Below are positions 38,244 to 49,150 of a DNA stretch of 64,000 nt, in pieces. This DNA comes from an uncultured beta proteobacterium (GTDB lineage: Bacteria; Pseudomonadota; Gammaproteobacteria; Burkholderiales; Burkholderiaceae_C): contig CAVTJT010000014.1 of NCBI GenBank assembly GCA_963735095.1, forward strand, positions 268 to 64,267. The letters run 5' to 3'. A model generated the notes under the pieces. That model did no database searches. It was not told the DNA's origin and worked only from the letters and a program-made list of their open reading frames with translations. Position 1 is the stretch's first letter; each line of letters begins with the position of its first letter. The translations under genes and the position numbers were made by a program.

Positions 38244-40043
38244 ATGGCATCGATTCCCAGGCGCAAGTTTGACGTCGTCATCGTCGGGGCCGGTGGCTCC
38301 GGCATGCGCGCGTCGCTGCAGCTCGCGCGCGCGGGGCTCAACGTGGCGGTGTTGTCCAAGGTGTTCCCGACGCGCTCGCACACGGTGGCGGCGCAGGGCG
38401 GCATCGGGGCCAGCCTCGGCAACATGAGCGAGGACAACTGGCACTACCACTTCTACGACACTGTCAAGGGCAGCGACTGGCTGGGTGACCAGGACGCCAT
38501 CGAGTTCATGTGCCGCGAAGCGCCGAAGGTGGTGTACGAGCTCGAGCACTTCGGCATGCCGTTCGACCGCAATGCCGACGGCACGATCTACCAGCGTCCG
38601 TTCGGCGGCCACACCGCCAACTACGGCGAGAAGCCGGTGCAGCGCGCCTGCGCCGCGGCCGACCGCACCGGCCACGCGATGCTGCACACGCTGTACCAGC
38701 AGAACGTGAAGGCGCGCACGCAGTTCTTCGTCGAGTGGATGGCGCTCGATCTGATCCGCGACGCCGAGGGCGACGTGCTCGGCGTGGTGGCGCTCGAAAT
38801 GGAGACCGGCGAGGTGCACATCCTCGAAGGGCGCAGCACGCTGCTGGCCACCGGCGGTGCCGGCCGCATCTACGCCGCGTCGACCAACGCCTTCATCAAC
38901 ACCGGCGACGGCATGGGCATGGCGGTGCGCGCCGGGCTGCCGCTGGAGGACATGGAGTTCTGGCAGTTCCATCCCACCGCGGTGGCCGGCGTCGGCGTGC
39001 TGCTCACCGAGGGCTGCCGCGGCGAGGGCGCGATCCTGCGCAACGTCGACGGCGAGCGCTTCATGGAGCGTTATGCGCCGACGCTCAAAGACCTGGCGCC
39101 GCGCGACTTCGTGTCGCGCTGCATGGATCAGGAGATCAAGGAAGGGCGCGGCTGCGGTCCGAACAAGGACTACATCCACCTCGACATGACGCACATCGGC
39201 GTGAAAGACATCCTGAAGCGCCTGCCGTCGGTGTACGAGATCGGCCACAACTTCGCCAACGTCGACATCACCAAGGAGCCGATCCCGGTGGTGCCGACGA
39301 TCCACTACCAGATGGGTGGCATCCCCACCAACATCCACGGCCAGGTGGTGGCGCCGAAGGGCGGCAACCCCAACAGCATCGTCAACGGCCTGTATGCGGT
39401 GGGCGAGTGCGCCTGCGTCAGCGTGCACGGCGCCAACCGCCTCGGCACCAATTCGCTGCTCGACCTGCTGGTGTTCGGCCGTGCCGCCGGCAACCACATC
39501 GTCGAGGCGCTGGCCAAGTCGCCCAAGGCGCACAAGGATCTGCCGGCCGACGCGACCGAGCAGCCGCTGGCGCGCCTGGCGCGCCTGGACGGCGCCACCG
39601 ATGGCGAATATTCGCAGGACGTGGCCAACGACATCCGCGCCACGATGCAGCACCACGCCAGCGTGTTCCGCACCGAGGCGCTGCTCGACGAAGGCGTGAG
39701 CAAGATGGTGGAGTTGCGCCGGCGCGCGGAGGCGATCGGGCTGAAGGACAAGAGCCAGGTGTTCAACACCGCGCGCATCGAGGCGCTCGAGGTCGAGAAC
39801 CTGATCGAGTGCGCCCAGGCCACCATCGTCTCCGCGGCGGCGCGCAAGGAGTGCCGTGGCGCGCACACCGTCAAGGAGTACGAGCGCCCGGCCGACGATC
39901 CGCAGCACCCGCTGGGGCGCAACGACACCGAGTGGATGAAGCACAGCCTGTGGTACAGCAAGGGCAGCCGGCTCGACTACAAGCCGGTGCAGCTCAAACC
40001 CCTGAGCGTGGACTCGATCCCGCCCAAGGTGAGGACCTTCTAG
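38244..40043 (+). CDS. sdhA: Succinate dehydrogenase flavoprotein subunit
   Basis: [20 protein letters not shown]...[10 protein letters not shown]...[21 protein letters not shown]...[12 protein letters not shown]. Confidence 0.97.
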   Translation: MASIPRRKFDVVIVGAGGSGMRASLQLARAGLNVAVLSKVFPTRSHTVAAQGGIGASLGNMSEDNWHYHFYDTVKGSDWLGDQDAIEFMCREAPKVVYELEHFGMPFDRNADGTIYQRPFGGHTANYGEKPVQRACAAADRTGHAMLHTLYQQNVKARTQFFVEWMALDLIRDAEGDVLGVVALEMETGEVHILEGRSTLLATGGAGRIYAASTNAFINTGDGMGMAVRAGLPLEDMEFWQFHPTAVAGVGVLLTEGCRGEGAILRNVDGERFMERYAPTLKDLAPRDFVSRCMDQEIKEGRGCGPNKDYIHLDMTHIGVKDILKRLPSVYEIGHNFANVDITKEPIPVVPTIHYQMGGIPTNIHGQVVAPKGGNPNSIVNGLYAVGECACVSVHGANRLGTNSLLDLLVFGRAAGNHIVEALAKSPKAHKDLPADATEQPLARLARLDGATDGEYSQDVANDIRATMQHHASVFRTEALLDEGVSKMVELRRRAEAIGLKDKSQVFNTARIEALEVENLIECAQATIVSAAARKECRGAHTVKEYERPADDPQHPLGRNDTEWMKHSLWYSKGSRLDYKPVQLKPLSVDSIPPKVRTF

Positions 40044-40835
40044 ATGACAGCCGCCGCCCCTGAAGCCGTCGCCGCACCCCCGGCATCGGAAAGCACCTAC
40101 CTGAACTCGCGCTTCGAGCGCGTGCCCAAGCTCAACAAGCGCACCTTTCAGATCTACCGCTACGACCCCGACCGCGACGAGCGGCCGCGCATGCAGACGA
40201 TCGAGCTCGACCTCGACGGCTCCGAGCGCATGCTGCTCGACGCGCTGATCAGGTTGAAGTCGGTCGACCCGAGCTTCAGCTTCCGGCGCTCGTGCCGCGA
40301 AGGCGTGTGCGGGTCGGACGCGATGAACATCAACGGCAAGAACGGGCTGGCCTGTTTGACCAACCTGCGGCGGCTGCCAGACCCGATCGTGCTCAAGCCA
40401 CTGCCCGGGCTGCCGGTGGTGCGCGACCTGATCGTCGACATGACGCTGTTCTTCAAGCAGTATCACTCGATCAAGCCGTACCTCGTCAACGACGAGGTGC
40501 CGCCCGAGAAAGAGCGACTGCAGTCGCCCGAGCAGCGCGACGAGCTCAACGGCTTGTATGAATGCATCCTGTGCGCGAGCTGCTCCACCAGCTGCCCGAG
40601 CTTCTGGTGGAACCCCGACAAGTTCGTCGGCCCGGCCGGCCTGCTGCAGGCCTACCGCTTCATCGCCGACAGTCGCGACCAGGCCACCGGCGAGCGGCTC
40701 GACAACCTCGAGGATCCGTACCGGCTGTTCCGCTGCCACAGCATCATGAATTGCGTCGATGTCTGCCCCAAGGGCCTCAACCCCACGGCGGCCATCGGCA
40801 AGATCAAAGAGCTGATGGTGCGCCGGGCGGTATGA
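40044..40835 (+). CDS. sdhB: Succinate dehydrogenase iron-sulfur subunit
   Basis: SCREGVCGSDAMNINGKNGLAC...CILCASCSTSCPSFWWN...CHSIMNCVDVCPKGLNP. Confidence 0.95.
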   Translation: MTAAAPEAVAAPPASESTYLNSRFERVPKLNKRTFQIYRYDPDRDERPRMQTIELDLDGSERMLLDALIRLKSVDPSFSFRRSCREGVCGSDAMNINGKNGLACLTNLRRLPDPIVLKPLPGLPVVRDLIVDMTLFFKQYHSIKPYLVNDEVPPEKERLQSPEQRDELNGLYECILCASCSTSCPSFWWNPDKFVGPAGLLQAYRFIADSRDQATGERLDNLEDPYRLFRCHSIMNCVDVCPKGLNPTAAIGKIKELMVRRAV

Positions 40836-40912
40836 ACGAGCCCCCACGCTCACTGCGTTCGCTGCCCCCGGGGGCGTGCAGTCGGCTTGGGAGCGGCCCG
40901 GCGCCGACTGAC
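40832..40912 (+). repeat. Palindromic intergenic element, copy G
   Basis: ATGAACGAGCCCCCACGCTCAC...GCTGCCCCCGGGGGCG, then stem CAGTCGG/CCGACTG around loop CTTGGGAGCGGCCCGGCG. Its ATGA overlaps the sdhB stop. Confidence 0.75.
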
Positions 40913-40926
40913 CGCGCACGCCGCCC

Positions 40927-41217
40927 ATGCTGCCCACGGAGCCCGCGCTAGACCCCGTCGCCTTCAACCGGCTCAAGTGGCGCTGCCGCCGCGGCCTGCT
41001 GGAGAACGACATCCTGATCGAACGCTTCTTCAACCGGCACGGCACTTGCATCACGCAGCGGCAGGCCGATGGCCTGCAAGCGTTGATGGACCTGCCCGAC
41101 AACGATTTGCTCGACTTGCTGCTGGCGCGCAGCGAGCCGGCCGGCGATCTCGATCGCCCCGCCGTGCACGAGGTGCTGAAGCAGATGCGGCAGCCGGCGC
41201 CGCGCTTGGGACAGTAG
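40927..41217 (+). CDS. sdhE: Succinate dehydrogenase FAD assembly factor SdhE (DUF339)
   Basis: [21 protein letters not shown]...DLLDLLL resembles the SdhE/YgfY RGxxE motif region. It sits between sdhB and gltA. Confidence 0.8.
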   Translation: MLPTEPALDPVAFNRLKWRCRRGLLENDILIERFFNRHGTCITQRQADGLQALMDLPDNDLLDLLLARSEPAGDLDRPAVHEVLKQMRQPAPRLGQ

Positions 41218-41245
41218 AGTACGAACACGCCAACCAGGAACCGCC

Positions 41246-42562
41246 ATGATGACCCCGTCCAACGTCAAAGCCACCCTGTCGTTCTCCGACGGCAGCCCCG
41301 CGATGGAGCTGCCGCTCTACAAAGGGACGATCGGCCCGGACGTGATCGACATCCGCAAGCTGTATGCGCAGACGGGCAAGTTCACCTACGACCCCGGCTT
41401 CTTGTCCACGGCGTCGTGCAACTCCGCCATCACCTACATCGACGGCGACAAGGGCGAGCTGCTCTACCGCGGCTACCCGATCGAGCAGCTGGCGGTGAAG
41501 TGCGATTTCCTCGACACCTGCTACCTGCTGCTGTACGGCGACCTGCCGAACCAGAATCAGCAACGGGAGTTCCACAAGCTCGTGACCAACCACACCATGG
41601 TCAACGAGCAGATGCAGTTCTTCCTGCGCGGCTTCCGCCGCGACGCACACCCGATGGCGGTGATGACCGGCCTGGTCGGCGCGCTGTCGGCCTTCTATCA
41701 CGACAGCACCGACATCAACAACCCGCAGCACCGCGACATCTCGGCGATCCGGCTGATCGCCAAGATGCCCACGCTGGTGTCGATGGCCTACAAGTACGGC
41801 ATCGGCCAGCCGTTCATCTACCCGAAGAATTCGCTGTCGTATTCGGCGAACTTCATGCGCATGATGTTCGCCACGCCGTGCGAGGAGTACGAGACCAACG
41901 ACGTGCTGGTGCGCGCGATCGACCGCATCTTCATCCTGCACGCCGACCACGAGCAGAACGCGTCCACGTCCACCGTGAGGTTGTGCGGCAGTTCGGGCAC
42001 CAATCCGTTCGCGGCGATCGCCGCCGGCGTGGCCTGCCTGTGGGGGCCGGCGCATGGCGGCGCCAATGAGGCGGCGCTCAACATGCTGGAGGACATCCAG
42101 CGCCAGGGCGGCGTCGAGAAGATCGGCGAGTTCATCCGCCAGGTCAAGGACAAGAATTCCAACGTCAAGCTGATGGGCTTCGGCCACCGCGTCTACAAGA
42201 ACTACGACCCGCGCGCCAAGCTGATGCGCGAGACCTGCCACGAGGTGCTGGGTGCGCTCGGCCTGGGCAACGACCCGCTGTTCAAGCTGGCCATGGCGCT
42301 GGAGAAGATCGCGCTCGAAGACGAATACTTCGTGGCCCGCAAGCTGTACCCGAACGTCGACTTCTATTCCGGCATCGTGCAGCGCGCGATCGGCATCCCG
42401 GTGGGCCTGTTCACGGCCATCTTCGCCCTGGCACGCACGGTGGGCTGGATCGCACAGCTCAACGAGATGATCGGCGACCCGGAGTACAAGATCGGCCGCC
42501 CGCGCCAGCTCTACGCGGGCGCCGCGCGCCGCGACGTCAAGTCGATCGATCAGCGCCCCTGA
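41246..42562 (+). CDS. gltA: Citrate synthase (type II)
   Basis: [10 protein letters not shown]...[16 protein letters not shown]...GPAHGGANE...[14 protein letters not shown]. Confidence 0.95.
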   Translation: MMTPSNVKATLSFSDGSPAMELPLYKGTIGPDVIDIRKLYAQTGKFTYDPGFLSTASCNSAITYIDGDKGELLYRGYPIEQLAVKCDFLDTCYLLLYGDLPNQNQQREFHKLVTNHTMVNEQMQFFLRGFRRDAHPMAVMTGLVGALSAFYHDSTDINNPQHRDISAIRLIAKMPTLVSMAYKYGIGQPFIYPKNSLSYSANFMRMMFATPCEEYETNDVLVRAIDRIFILHADHEQNASTSTVRLCGSSGTNPFAAIAAGVACLWGPAHGGANEAALNMLEDIQRQGGVEKIGEFIRQVKDKNSNVKLMGFGHRVYKNYDPRAKLMRETCHEVLGALGLGNDPLFKLAMALEKIALEDEYFVARKLYPNVDFYSGIVQRAIGIPVGLFTAIFALARTVGWIAQLNEMIGDPEYKIGRPRQLYAGAARRDVKSIDQRP

Positions 42563-42851
42563 TCGCGTCAAGGGCAGGGCATCCGGCCTGTCGCCGGATG
42601 TCGCGGCTGACGCGGTGCGGCCACGCCGCGCGTAACTTTTTCGCTACGCAACCGACTCAAGCGCGGATGCGCGGGCGATCCCGCTTGGGGCCACTCGACG
42701 TTGGCCGCTATCCTGCGCACCGGTTTGCCTTGGGGCCTGGCCCGGAAAGGATGCGTCGCAGCGTGACAGGGGGCACATCACAGGGCGATTGGTCGGCAGC
42801 CAGCGAATCCACTCACCGCCAGGTGCGTATACAACCGCCGTGCTCCGCTCG

Positions 42852-43659
42852 ATGCCACTGAATCGCCGTCAATTGCTGCTGTCGCTGCTGCCCGCGCCGT
42901 GGGTGGTGGATGCGTCGGCGCAAGCGTTCGACCATGGCTATGCGGCCTGGGATGGGCTGCTGAAGAAGCACGTGCGCTGGCTGCGCCGACCAAAAGCAAA
43001 GTCGTGTCGCCTATGCGGGCATGGCCGGCGACCGGACCGCGTTGAAGGCCGTCCTGTCCAATCTGTCGGCTGTGACGCCGTCTGCGTTCGGTGCCTTCAC
43101 GCGGCCGCAGCAGATGGTGTTCCTGATCAACGCCTACAACGCGTTCACCATCGAGTTGGTGCTCACCGAGTACCCCAAGTTGAAGTCGATCAAGGACGTC
43201 AGCCTGTTCGGCTCGCCGTGGAAGAAGCCGTTCTTCACCCTGCTCGGCGAACAGCGCCACCTCGACTGGATCGAGCACGAGCAGTTGCGCCCCAAGTACA
43301 ACGAGCCGCGCATCCACACCGCGATCGTCTGCGCCAGCATCGGCTGCCCGGCGCTGCGATCCGAGGCGTTCACCAGCGACAAGCTCGAAGAGCAACTCGA
43401 GGACGGCATGCGCCGCTTCCTCGGCGATGCCACGCGCAACCGCGCCAGTCCCGACAAGCTCGAAGTCAGCTCGATCTTCAAGTGGTTTCGCGAGGACTTC
43501 GAGAAGGGCCACCAAGGTTTCCAGAAGGTCGAAGACGTGTTTGCGCGTTATGCCCCGCTGCTGAGCAGCGATCCGGCGGTGCAGGCGCAGCTGAAGGCCC
43601 GCAAGCTCAAGCCGCAGTTCCTCGATTACGACTGGTCGCTCAACGACGCCGACCGCTGA
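42852..43659 (+). pseudogene. DUF547 domain protein with N-terminal export signal; one frame break near 42983
   Basis: The N-terminus MPLNRRQLLLSLLPAPWVVDASAQAFDHGYAAWDGLLKKHVRWL is in the frame of ORF 42789... The DUF547 core (FLINAYNAFTIELVL...IHTAIVCASIGCPALRSEAF...WSLND) is in ORF 43021..43659. Confidence 0.75.
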
Positions 43660-43690
43660 GCCCCGCAGCCGACCACGACATAGGCCCACC

Positions 43691-45043
43691 GTGACCACCG
43701 ATGCCCGCACGCTGATCCTGTTTGGCTACGACTGGGACGCCACCGCGTTCGCTCGACTGAAGCACGATTGGCCGGTCGACCACGCCGGCTTCGATCTGTT
43801 CACCTTTCCGAGCTACCTGCGCCTGGCCACGTTCGATCTGCAGCGTTTCGTCGACGACCTCGCCGTGCGCGCGCAACACCGCGGATGGCGCGCGGTGGTG
43901 TCGCACCACGAGCAGTTCGGCGCGCTCGGTGCCGCGTTGCTGGCCGAGCGCATGGGCTGGCCCGGCACGCCGGTGGCCGCCGTGCTCGCGTGCCAGCACA
44001 AGCTGTATGCGCGGCAGGTGTTGCAGCGCGTCGCACCCGAAGCCAACGTGCCGTTCGCGCCGCTCGACGCACGCTACGGCGACCCGATCCCGCACGGGCT
44101 GTGTTATCCGTCGTTCGCCAAGCCGGTGAAGGCGGCGTTCTCGGTGCTGGCGCGGCGTGTCGCGAACCGTCCGCAGTTGACCGCGCTCACGCGTTTCGGG
44201 CTGCTCGAACAGTGGATCATCCATCGGCTGGTCGAGCCGTTCGATGCGATCGCGCGCGCCCGCCTTGGCGACGTGCCGAGCGCGCACGGCATGCTGCTGG
44301 AGGAGCCGATCGACGCGCCGCAGTACAACCTCGATGGTTATGTCTTCAACGGTGAGGTGAGTGCGCTCGGCGTTTGCGATGCGGTGATGTACCCCGGCAC
44401 CGGCGCATTCCAGCGCTTCGAGCGCCCGAGCCGGCTTGCCGATCGGGTGCAGGAACGCGCGCTCGACGTGGCCTCGCGTTTCCTCAAGGCCGTGGGCTTC
44501 AGCCACGGTTTCTTCAACATGGAGTTTTTCTACGACGCGGCGACCGATGCACTGAAGGTGATCGAGTTCAACCCACGCCTGGCTTCGCAGTTGGCCGATC
44601 TGTACCGGCGCGTCGACGGCATCGATGCCCACGCCGGTTCGATCGCGATGGCGCACGGCGAGCACCCGCAGCGCGCGATGCACTGCCGCCCGAGCGCTGG
44701 CGCGGCGGCCAGCTTCGTGTTCCGCAGCTTTGACACCACCACCGTGCCGAGCATGCCGGCGCGCAGCCGCCTGCGCTCGTTCTTCGATCGTTTTCCCGAC
44801 GCCTGGCTGCAGGCCATGCCCAAGCAGGGGCGCGGCCTCGCGCGCGACTTCAAGTGGCTGGGCAGCCACCGTTATGGAGTGATGCACCTGGGCGGCGACG
44901 ATGTGTTCGATCTGCACGATCGCTATCGCCGCGCCTGCATGATGCTCGGCTGGCCGGTGGCCGAGCCGCGCGAGGCGCACGCGCATTCGCCCACCATGCC
45001 GGTGGCACGGCGCCTGCGCAACATCGAGGGTGTGCCCGGCTGA
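43691..45043 (+). CDS. ATP-grasp domain protein, unknown substrate (GTG start)
   Basis: ACQHKLYARQVL...YPSFAKPVKAAFSV...GFFNMEFFYD...KVIEFNPRLASQ has ATP-grasp fold motifs. It lies 31 nt after the DUF547 gene. Confidence 0.7.
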   Translation: MTTDARTLILFGYDWDATAFARLKHDWPVDHAGFDLFTFPSYLRLATFDLQRFVDDLAVRAQHRGWRAVVSHHEQFGALGAALLAERMGWPGTPVAAVLACQHKLYARQVLQRVAPEANVPFAPLDARYGDPIPHGLCYPSFAKPVKAAFSVLARRVANRPQLTALTRFGLLEQWIIHRLVEPFDAIARARLGDVPSAHGMLLEEPIDAPQYNLDGYVFNGEVSALGVCDAVMYPGTGAFQRFERPSRLADRVQERALDVASRFLKAVGFSHGFFNMEFFYDAATDALKVIEFNPRLASQLADLYRRVDGIDAHAGSIAMAHGEHPQRAMHCRPSAGAAASFVFRSFDTTTVPSMPARSRLRSFFDRFPDAWLQAMPKQGRGLARDFKWLGSHRYGVMHLGGDDVFDLHDRYRRACMMLGWPVAEPREAHAHSPTMPVARRLRNIEGVPG

Positions 45044-45086
45044 TCCGCGCCCCGGCGCCCCGCGCGCGCCGATAATCGAAGCCACC

Positions 45087-45968
45087 ATGCGCCGCCGCCG
45101 CGCCATCATCTGCGCCGCGGCGGCCACCGTCGCCGGCTGCACCTTGTCGCCCGACGCCGACCACGATGGCGCCGATGCGCCGCGTGCGGCTCCGCTCGGA
45201 CGCACGCCGCAGATCGCGTGGGTGTTCAGTTCCGGCGGCCCGCGCGGCTTCGTGCACGTGGGCGTGTTGAAGGCGCTCGACGAACTGGACCTGAAGCCCG
45301 ATCTGATCGTCGGTGCATCGGTCGGTGCACTGGTGGGTTGCCTGCGCGCGTCGGGCATGCCGGGCGCCGAGATCGAAACGCTGGCACTCGACCTGCAGCC
45401 CACCCACATGGCGCGCCTGGCGATCTGGTCCGACCAGCGCTTCAGTGGGGCACCCGTGGCCGATCTCGTGCACCGCCATGCGCGCAAGCGACTGCTCGAG
45501 GACATGCCGGTGCCGATGGCCTGCGTGGCCACACGGCAGCGTGACCACTCGGTGGTGGCGTTCACCGCCGGCGACGCCGGCGTGGCGGTGCAGGCGTCGG
45601 CCGCGATCGAGGGCCAGTTCACGCCGGTGCGCATCCGGGGCGAGTCGCATGTCGACGCCGATTGGTTCGCGCCGCTGCCGGTGCGGCTGGCGCGCGCGCT
45701 GGGCGCGAAGCGGGTGCTGGCGGTGGACGCGTCGGCACACATCGAGCGCGCGCCGTCCGGCGCCGAACGGTACCGCGATGGCGATCTGCGCAAGCGCGCG
45801 CTGGTGCAACCCGACGCGCGGCTGGCCGACGTGCTGCTGCACCCGGACTTCGGATATTGGGTCAGCTTCTCGCGCGACTTCCGAGAGCGCGCGATCGGTG
45901 CCGGCTACCGCGCGACGATGGAGCAGGCCGCGCGCTTGCAGAAGCTGCACGCGCCGGCTGCCGCCTAG
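45087..45968 (+). CDS. Patatin-like phospholipase, predicted lipoprotein
   Basis: Lipobox TVAGC. It has the oxyanion motif SSGGPRG, the nucleophile elbow GASVG, and a D-containing motif (VDADW) near the C-terminal part. Confidence 0.8.
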   Translation: MRRRRAIICAAAATVAGCTLSPDADHDGADAPRAAPLGRTPQIAWVFSSGGPRGFVHVGVLKALDELDLKPDLIVGASVGALVGCLRASGMPGAEIETLALDLQPTHMARLAIWSDQRFSGAPVADLVHRHARKRLLEDMPVPMACVATRQRDHSVVAFTAGDAGVAVQASAAIEGQFTPVRIRGESHVDADWFAPLPVRLARALGAKRVLAVDASAHIERAPSGAERYRDGDLRKRALVQPDARLADVLLHPDFGYWVSFSRDFRERAIGAGYRATMEQAARLQKLHAPAAA

Positions 45969-45982
45969 CGCGGCCGCGTCGG

Positions 45983-46621
45983 CTACTGCGCCGGCACGAC
46001 CTGGGGCGCGCCGGGCATCACCGGCAAGGACTTGGCCGCCAGCTTGGCCTCCCACTCCTGCTGCAAGGCCTTGTCGCTCTTGTAGTGCGGCACGCGAAGG
46101 ATCAGCCGCTTGTAGCGCGTGACGACCGCGTTGGAGCCCGACACCTCTTCGTTCCACAGCTGGTGCGCGAGCTGCAGGTTGCGCTCGGTGTCCATCTCGA
46201 AGTGGTCGCGCGACGACTGGCCGCCGAACACGTAGAGCTTGCCGCGGTAGATGCGCCAGGTGTTGGGGCCGCCGCCGGCACCCCACGGCACCGCATAGTT
46301 GATGCCGTTGGAGCAGAAGCCGCCGAACTGCGGCATGTACTTGTCGGGGTTCTTCTGGAACTCCGCCTTGTTGGCTTCGCTCGAGAAACGATAGGTCACG
46401 CCGAGATGATCGAGCTTGATGTTGGGGTCGCCCTTGACCGCGGCGTTCTGCGTGAAGTACGCGACCGCGTCGTAGCCCATCAGCATCAGCTTGTCGTCGG
46501 CGCCGTCACTGGTGGTACGGAACGGCCCGTTGTTGGGCGATGAATACCCTTGCGCATGGGCCCAGCCAGCGGACGCCAACAGACCCAGCAAGCACAACAC
46601 GCGCAACAGCAGGACTCGCAT
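45983..46621 (-). CDS. Exported YHS-domain-like protein
   Basis: Signal peptide MRVLLLRVLCLLGLLASAGWAHA, then LMGYDAVAYF...YRFSSEANKAEFQKNPDKYMPQFGGFCSNG. It lies 29 nt downstream of egtB. Confidence 0.7.
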   Translation of the reverse strand: MRVLLLRVLCLLGLLASAGWAHAQGYSSPNNGPFRTTSDGADDKLMLMGYDAVAYFTQNAAVKGDPNIKLDHLGVTYRFSSEANKAEFQKNPDKYMPQFGGFCSNGINYAVPWGAGGGPNTWRIYRGKLYVFGGQSSRDHFEMDTERNLQLAHQLWNEEVSGSNAVVTRYKRLILRVPHYKSDKALQQEWEAKLAAKSLPVMPGAPQVVPAQ

Positions 46622-46650
46622 CGCGGACCCCATCGGTTCCAAGACCCCGA

Positions 46651-47962
46651 TCATTCCACGTCGCGCGCCAATCGCACGCCGCTGAACTGCCAGCGGGCAT
46701 CAGTGGGAAAGAAGTTGCGGTAGCTGGCGCGGACGTGCGAACGCGGCGTGGCGCACGAGCCGCCGCGCAGCACGTATTGGTTGACCATGAACTTGCCGTT
46801 GTACTCGCCGACCGCGCCGTCCCAGGCCTTGAAGCCGGGGTAAGGCGCGTAGCTGCTCGAGGTCCATTCCCACACGTCGCCGAACATCTGCACCGGCGCA
46901 GCCGTGCCCACGCGTGCCACCGGCATCGGGTGCAGGGCCTGCGACTCGACGAAATTGCCGCCGGCGCAGGCCGTGGAAGGCAGGCCCTGCGCCGCGTGTT
47001 CCCACTCGAATTCGGTGGGCAGCCGCGCGCCGCGCCACGCGCTGCGCTGCGCTGCGGCCCAGCGTGCGAACGCATCGGCCTCGAAGTAGCTCACGTGGGT
47101 GATCGGCGTGTGCGGATCGATCGGCGCCAGCCCGTGCAACGTGAAGCTGAGCCACTGGCCGCGTTCGTCGCGCCGCCAGTACATCGGCGCGCGCACCTGT
47201 TGGCTGCGCACCCAATCCCAGCCCGCCGACAGCCACCAGCGCGGCTCGGTGTAGCCGCCGTCGGCGACGAACTCGGCCCATTCGCCATGCGTGACCAGCC
47301 GGTTGCCGAGCGCGTAGGGCCGCAGGTGCTGCCGGTGGCGCGGGCGTCTCGTTGTCGAACGCAAAGCCGGCGCCGTCGTGGCCGATCTCGACCAGCCCGC
47401 CGGACTGTTCGATCCAGGTCATCGGCAGCGGCGCCACCGGCGCGAGCGGCCACGATCCGCGGTACACCGGCGCCAGCGGGTTGCACGACAGCACGTGCTT
47501 GATGTCGGTGAGCAGCAGCTCCTGGTGCTGTTGCTCGTGTTGCAGGCCGAGTTCGACCAGCATGTCGATGGCCGGATCGTGCGCGTCGGCCAGCAGGCCG
47601 GCCACACGCTGGTCGACCTGGGCGCGATAGGCCTTGACCTCGGCCAGGCTGGGGCGCGACACCAGGCCCCGTTGCGCCCGCGGATGCTGCTCGCCGACCT
47701 GGTTGTAGTAGCTGTTGAACAGCACGCGAAACCGCGGATGGAAGGGCCTGAAGCCGCGCTCGTGGCGCTCGAGGATGAAGGTCTCGAAGAACCACGTCAC
47801 GTGCGCGAGGTGCCACTTGGTCGGGCTCACGTCGGGCATCGACTGCACCTGTGCATCGGCCTCGCTCAGCGGCTCGGCCAGCGCAAGCGACTGTGCGCGC
47901 ACCTGCGCATAGCGCTGGGCGAGCGCGCTCGGCTCGATCTGGGGATTGGGCAGTCGTTTCAT
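46651..47962 (-). pseudogene. egtB: Ergothioneine biosynthesis sulfoxide synthase EgtB (DinB_2 + FGE-sulfatase domains); one frame break at 47342-47344
   Basis: The N-terminal part has SPTKWHLAHVTWFFETF...LGLQHEQQHQELLLTDIKH...GFAFDNETP. The C-terminal part ([25 protein letters not shown]...GDVWEWTSS...[10 protein letters not shown]) is in ORF 46651..47364. The join falls in a GGG/CCC run. Confidence 0.85.
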
Positions 47963-47978
47963 GGTGGGTCCTGTCGCT

Positions 47979-48603
47979 TCAGCGGTCGCGCTTGACGCCA
48001 CAGGCGATGTAGCCCATGCCGAATTGCGTCGTCCAGCGCTGCAACGATTGGCAATACGTTTCGATCCGGTCCCATGGATGCCAGAGATCACCGGGTTTGG
48101 CGTTGTAGGGCCGGTTCTTGAGCCACGTGTAGATGTTGAGCGGCCCGGTCCACCACGGGAAGTACTTGATGCCCGCAACGGCAATGCGCGCGCCCGGCTT
48201 CACCTGGCGCATCAGATTGGTCAGCGCCTCGTGCGAGCGCAGGATGTCGTGGGTGTAATTGAACAGCACCGCGTCGGCCGGCTCGGGCAGTCGCACGGTC
48301 TCTGCCGAGCGCACAAACGTGCCACACGTTGCGCCAGCGCTCACGGTCCACCCGAAGGGCCGCTTGCGCGAACATGTCGGGACTTTGCTCGAACGCGACC
48401 ACACGGCCCGCCTCGCCGACGCCATCGCGCAGCAACGGATAACTCAAGCCCGTGCCCGCACCGACGTCGAGCACGACCTGCCCCGGTTGCAGCCGCAGCA
48501 GCGCGATGGTGCGCCGGCGCAGCGGCATCGTGTACTGCGCCGACTCGTCGTAGCTGGCGGCGCGCCGCTTGTAGCGCTCGATCGACAGCTCGTTGGGCGT
48601 CAT
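47979..48603 (-). pseudogene. Class I SAM-dependent methyltransferase; one frame break at 48315-48317
   Basis: The SAM-binding motif VLDVGAGTGLS is in ORF 48088..48603. The C-terminal half (...ADAVLFNYTHDIL...GARIAVAGIKYFPWW...) is in ORF 47979..48425. The join falls in an AAA/TTT run. Confidence 0.7.
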
Positions 48604-48639
48604 GTCCGTGGCGCGCGGGGCATCATTTCAGCAAAAGAT

Positions 48640-48987
48640 TCAAACCGGCGTGCGCGAGGCGGTGTGCAACCCGATCACGCCGATCACGATCAACCCGGCC
48701 GAGGCCAATTTCAGGGCGGTGGCCGGCTCCTTGAAATACAGGTAGCCGATGGCCGCCGTGAGCACCGTGCCCACGCCCGACCACACCGCATAAACCACAC
48801 TCAATCCCAGGGTACGCGTCACCAGCGTGTTGAGCACGAATGAGATCGCGTAGAAAACGAATATGAGGATCGATGGGGTGAGGCGCGTGAAACTCTCGCT
48901 CAGGCGCATGCACGTCGTGCCTGCGACCTCGAACAGAATCGCCACGCTCAACACGCCCCAGGCCTGGCTGACTGTCAAGGTCTGCAT
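48640..48987 (-). CDS. SMR-family (EmrE/QacE-like) small multidrug efflux protein
   Basis: Four TM helices. Has the conserved membrane Glu (ILFEVAGTTCMRLSESFTRL) and the AVWSGVGTVL motif. Confidence 0.85.
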   Translation of the reverse strand: MQTLTVSQAWGVLSVAILFEVAGTTCMRLSESFTRLTPSILIFVFYAISFVLNTLVTRTLGLSVVYAVWSGVGTVLTAAIGYLYFKEPATALKLASAGLIVIGVIGLHTASRTPV

Positions 48988-49150
48988 CGTCGACGATCGG
49001 GCAGAGCGGCTGCCGTTTCATTTGTTTGCAGTGGGTGCGCATCCACCCGGCCACGAACGGCCGTACCAGTGGCTGTCGCGCGGCGCCCATTAAACCTTAC
49101 CTATGGATTTCCCGCGCAAGGATCCGAGCACCCGATCGACATACTGACCC

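Noticed and set aside
42580-42600. An 8-bp stem hairpin (CATCCGGC-CTGTC-GCCGGATG) after gltA, as a terminator.
   Set aside because: The stem is short and no T-run follows. It may contribute to termination but is not strong enough to report as a feature.
45068-45075. GCCGATAA, an exact sigma-28 -10 consensus, just upstream of the patatin gene.
   Set aside because: No TAAA-type -35 element at the required spacing. It lies only about 12 nt from the start codon, inside the end of the ATP-grasp gene region. Most likely chance.
48305-48330. TGGCAC...TGC sigma-54-like string on the minus strand, and a similar TGGCAC near 32335.
   Set aside because: The GG-to-GC spacing is not the required 10 nt. 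The first lies inside a coding sequence, and no enhancer-binding protein gene is nearby.
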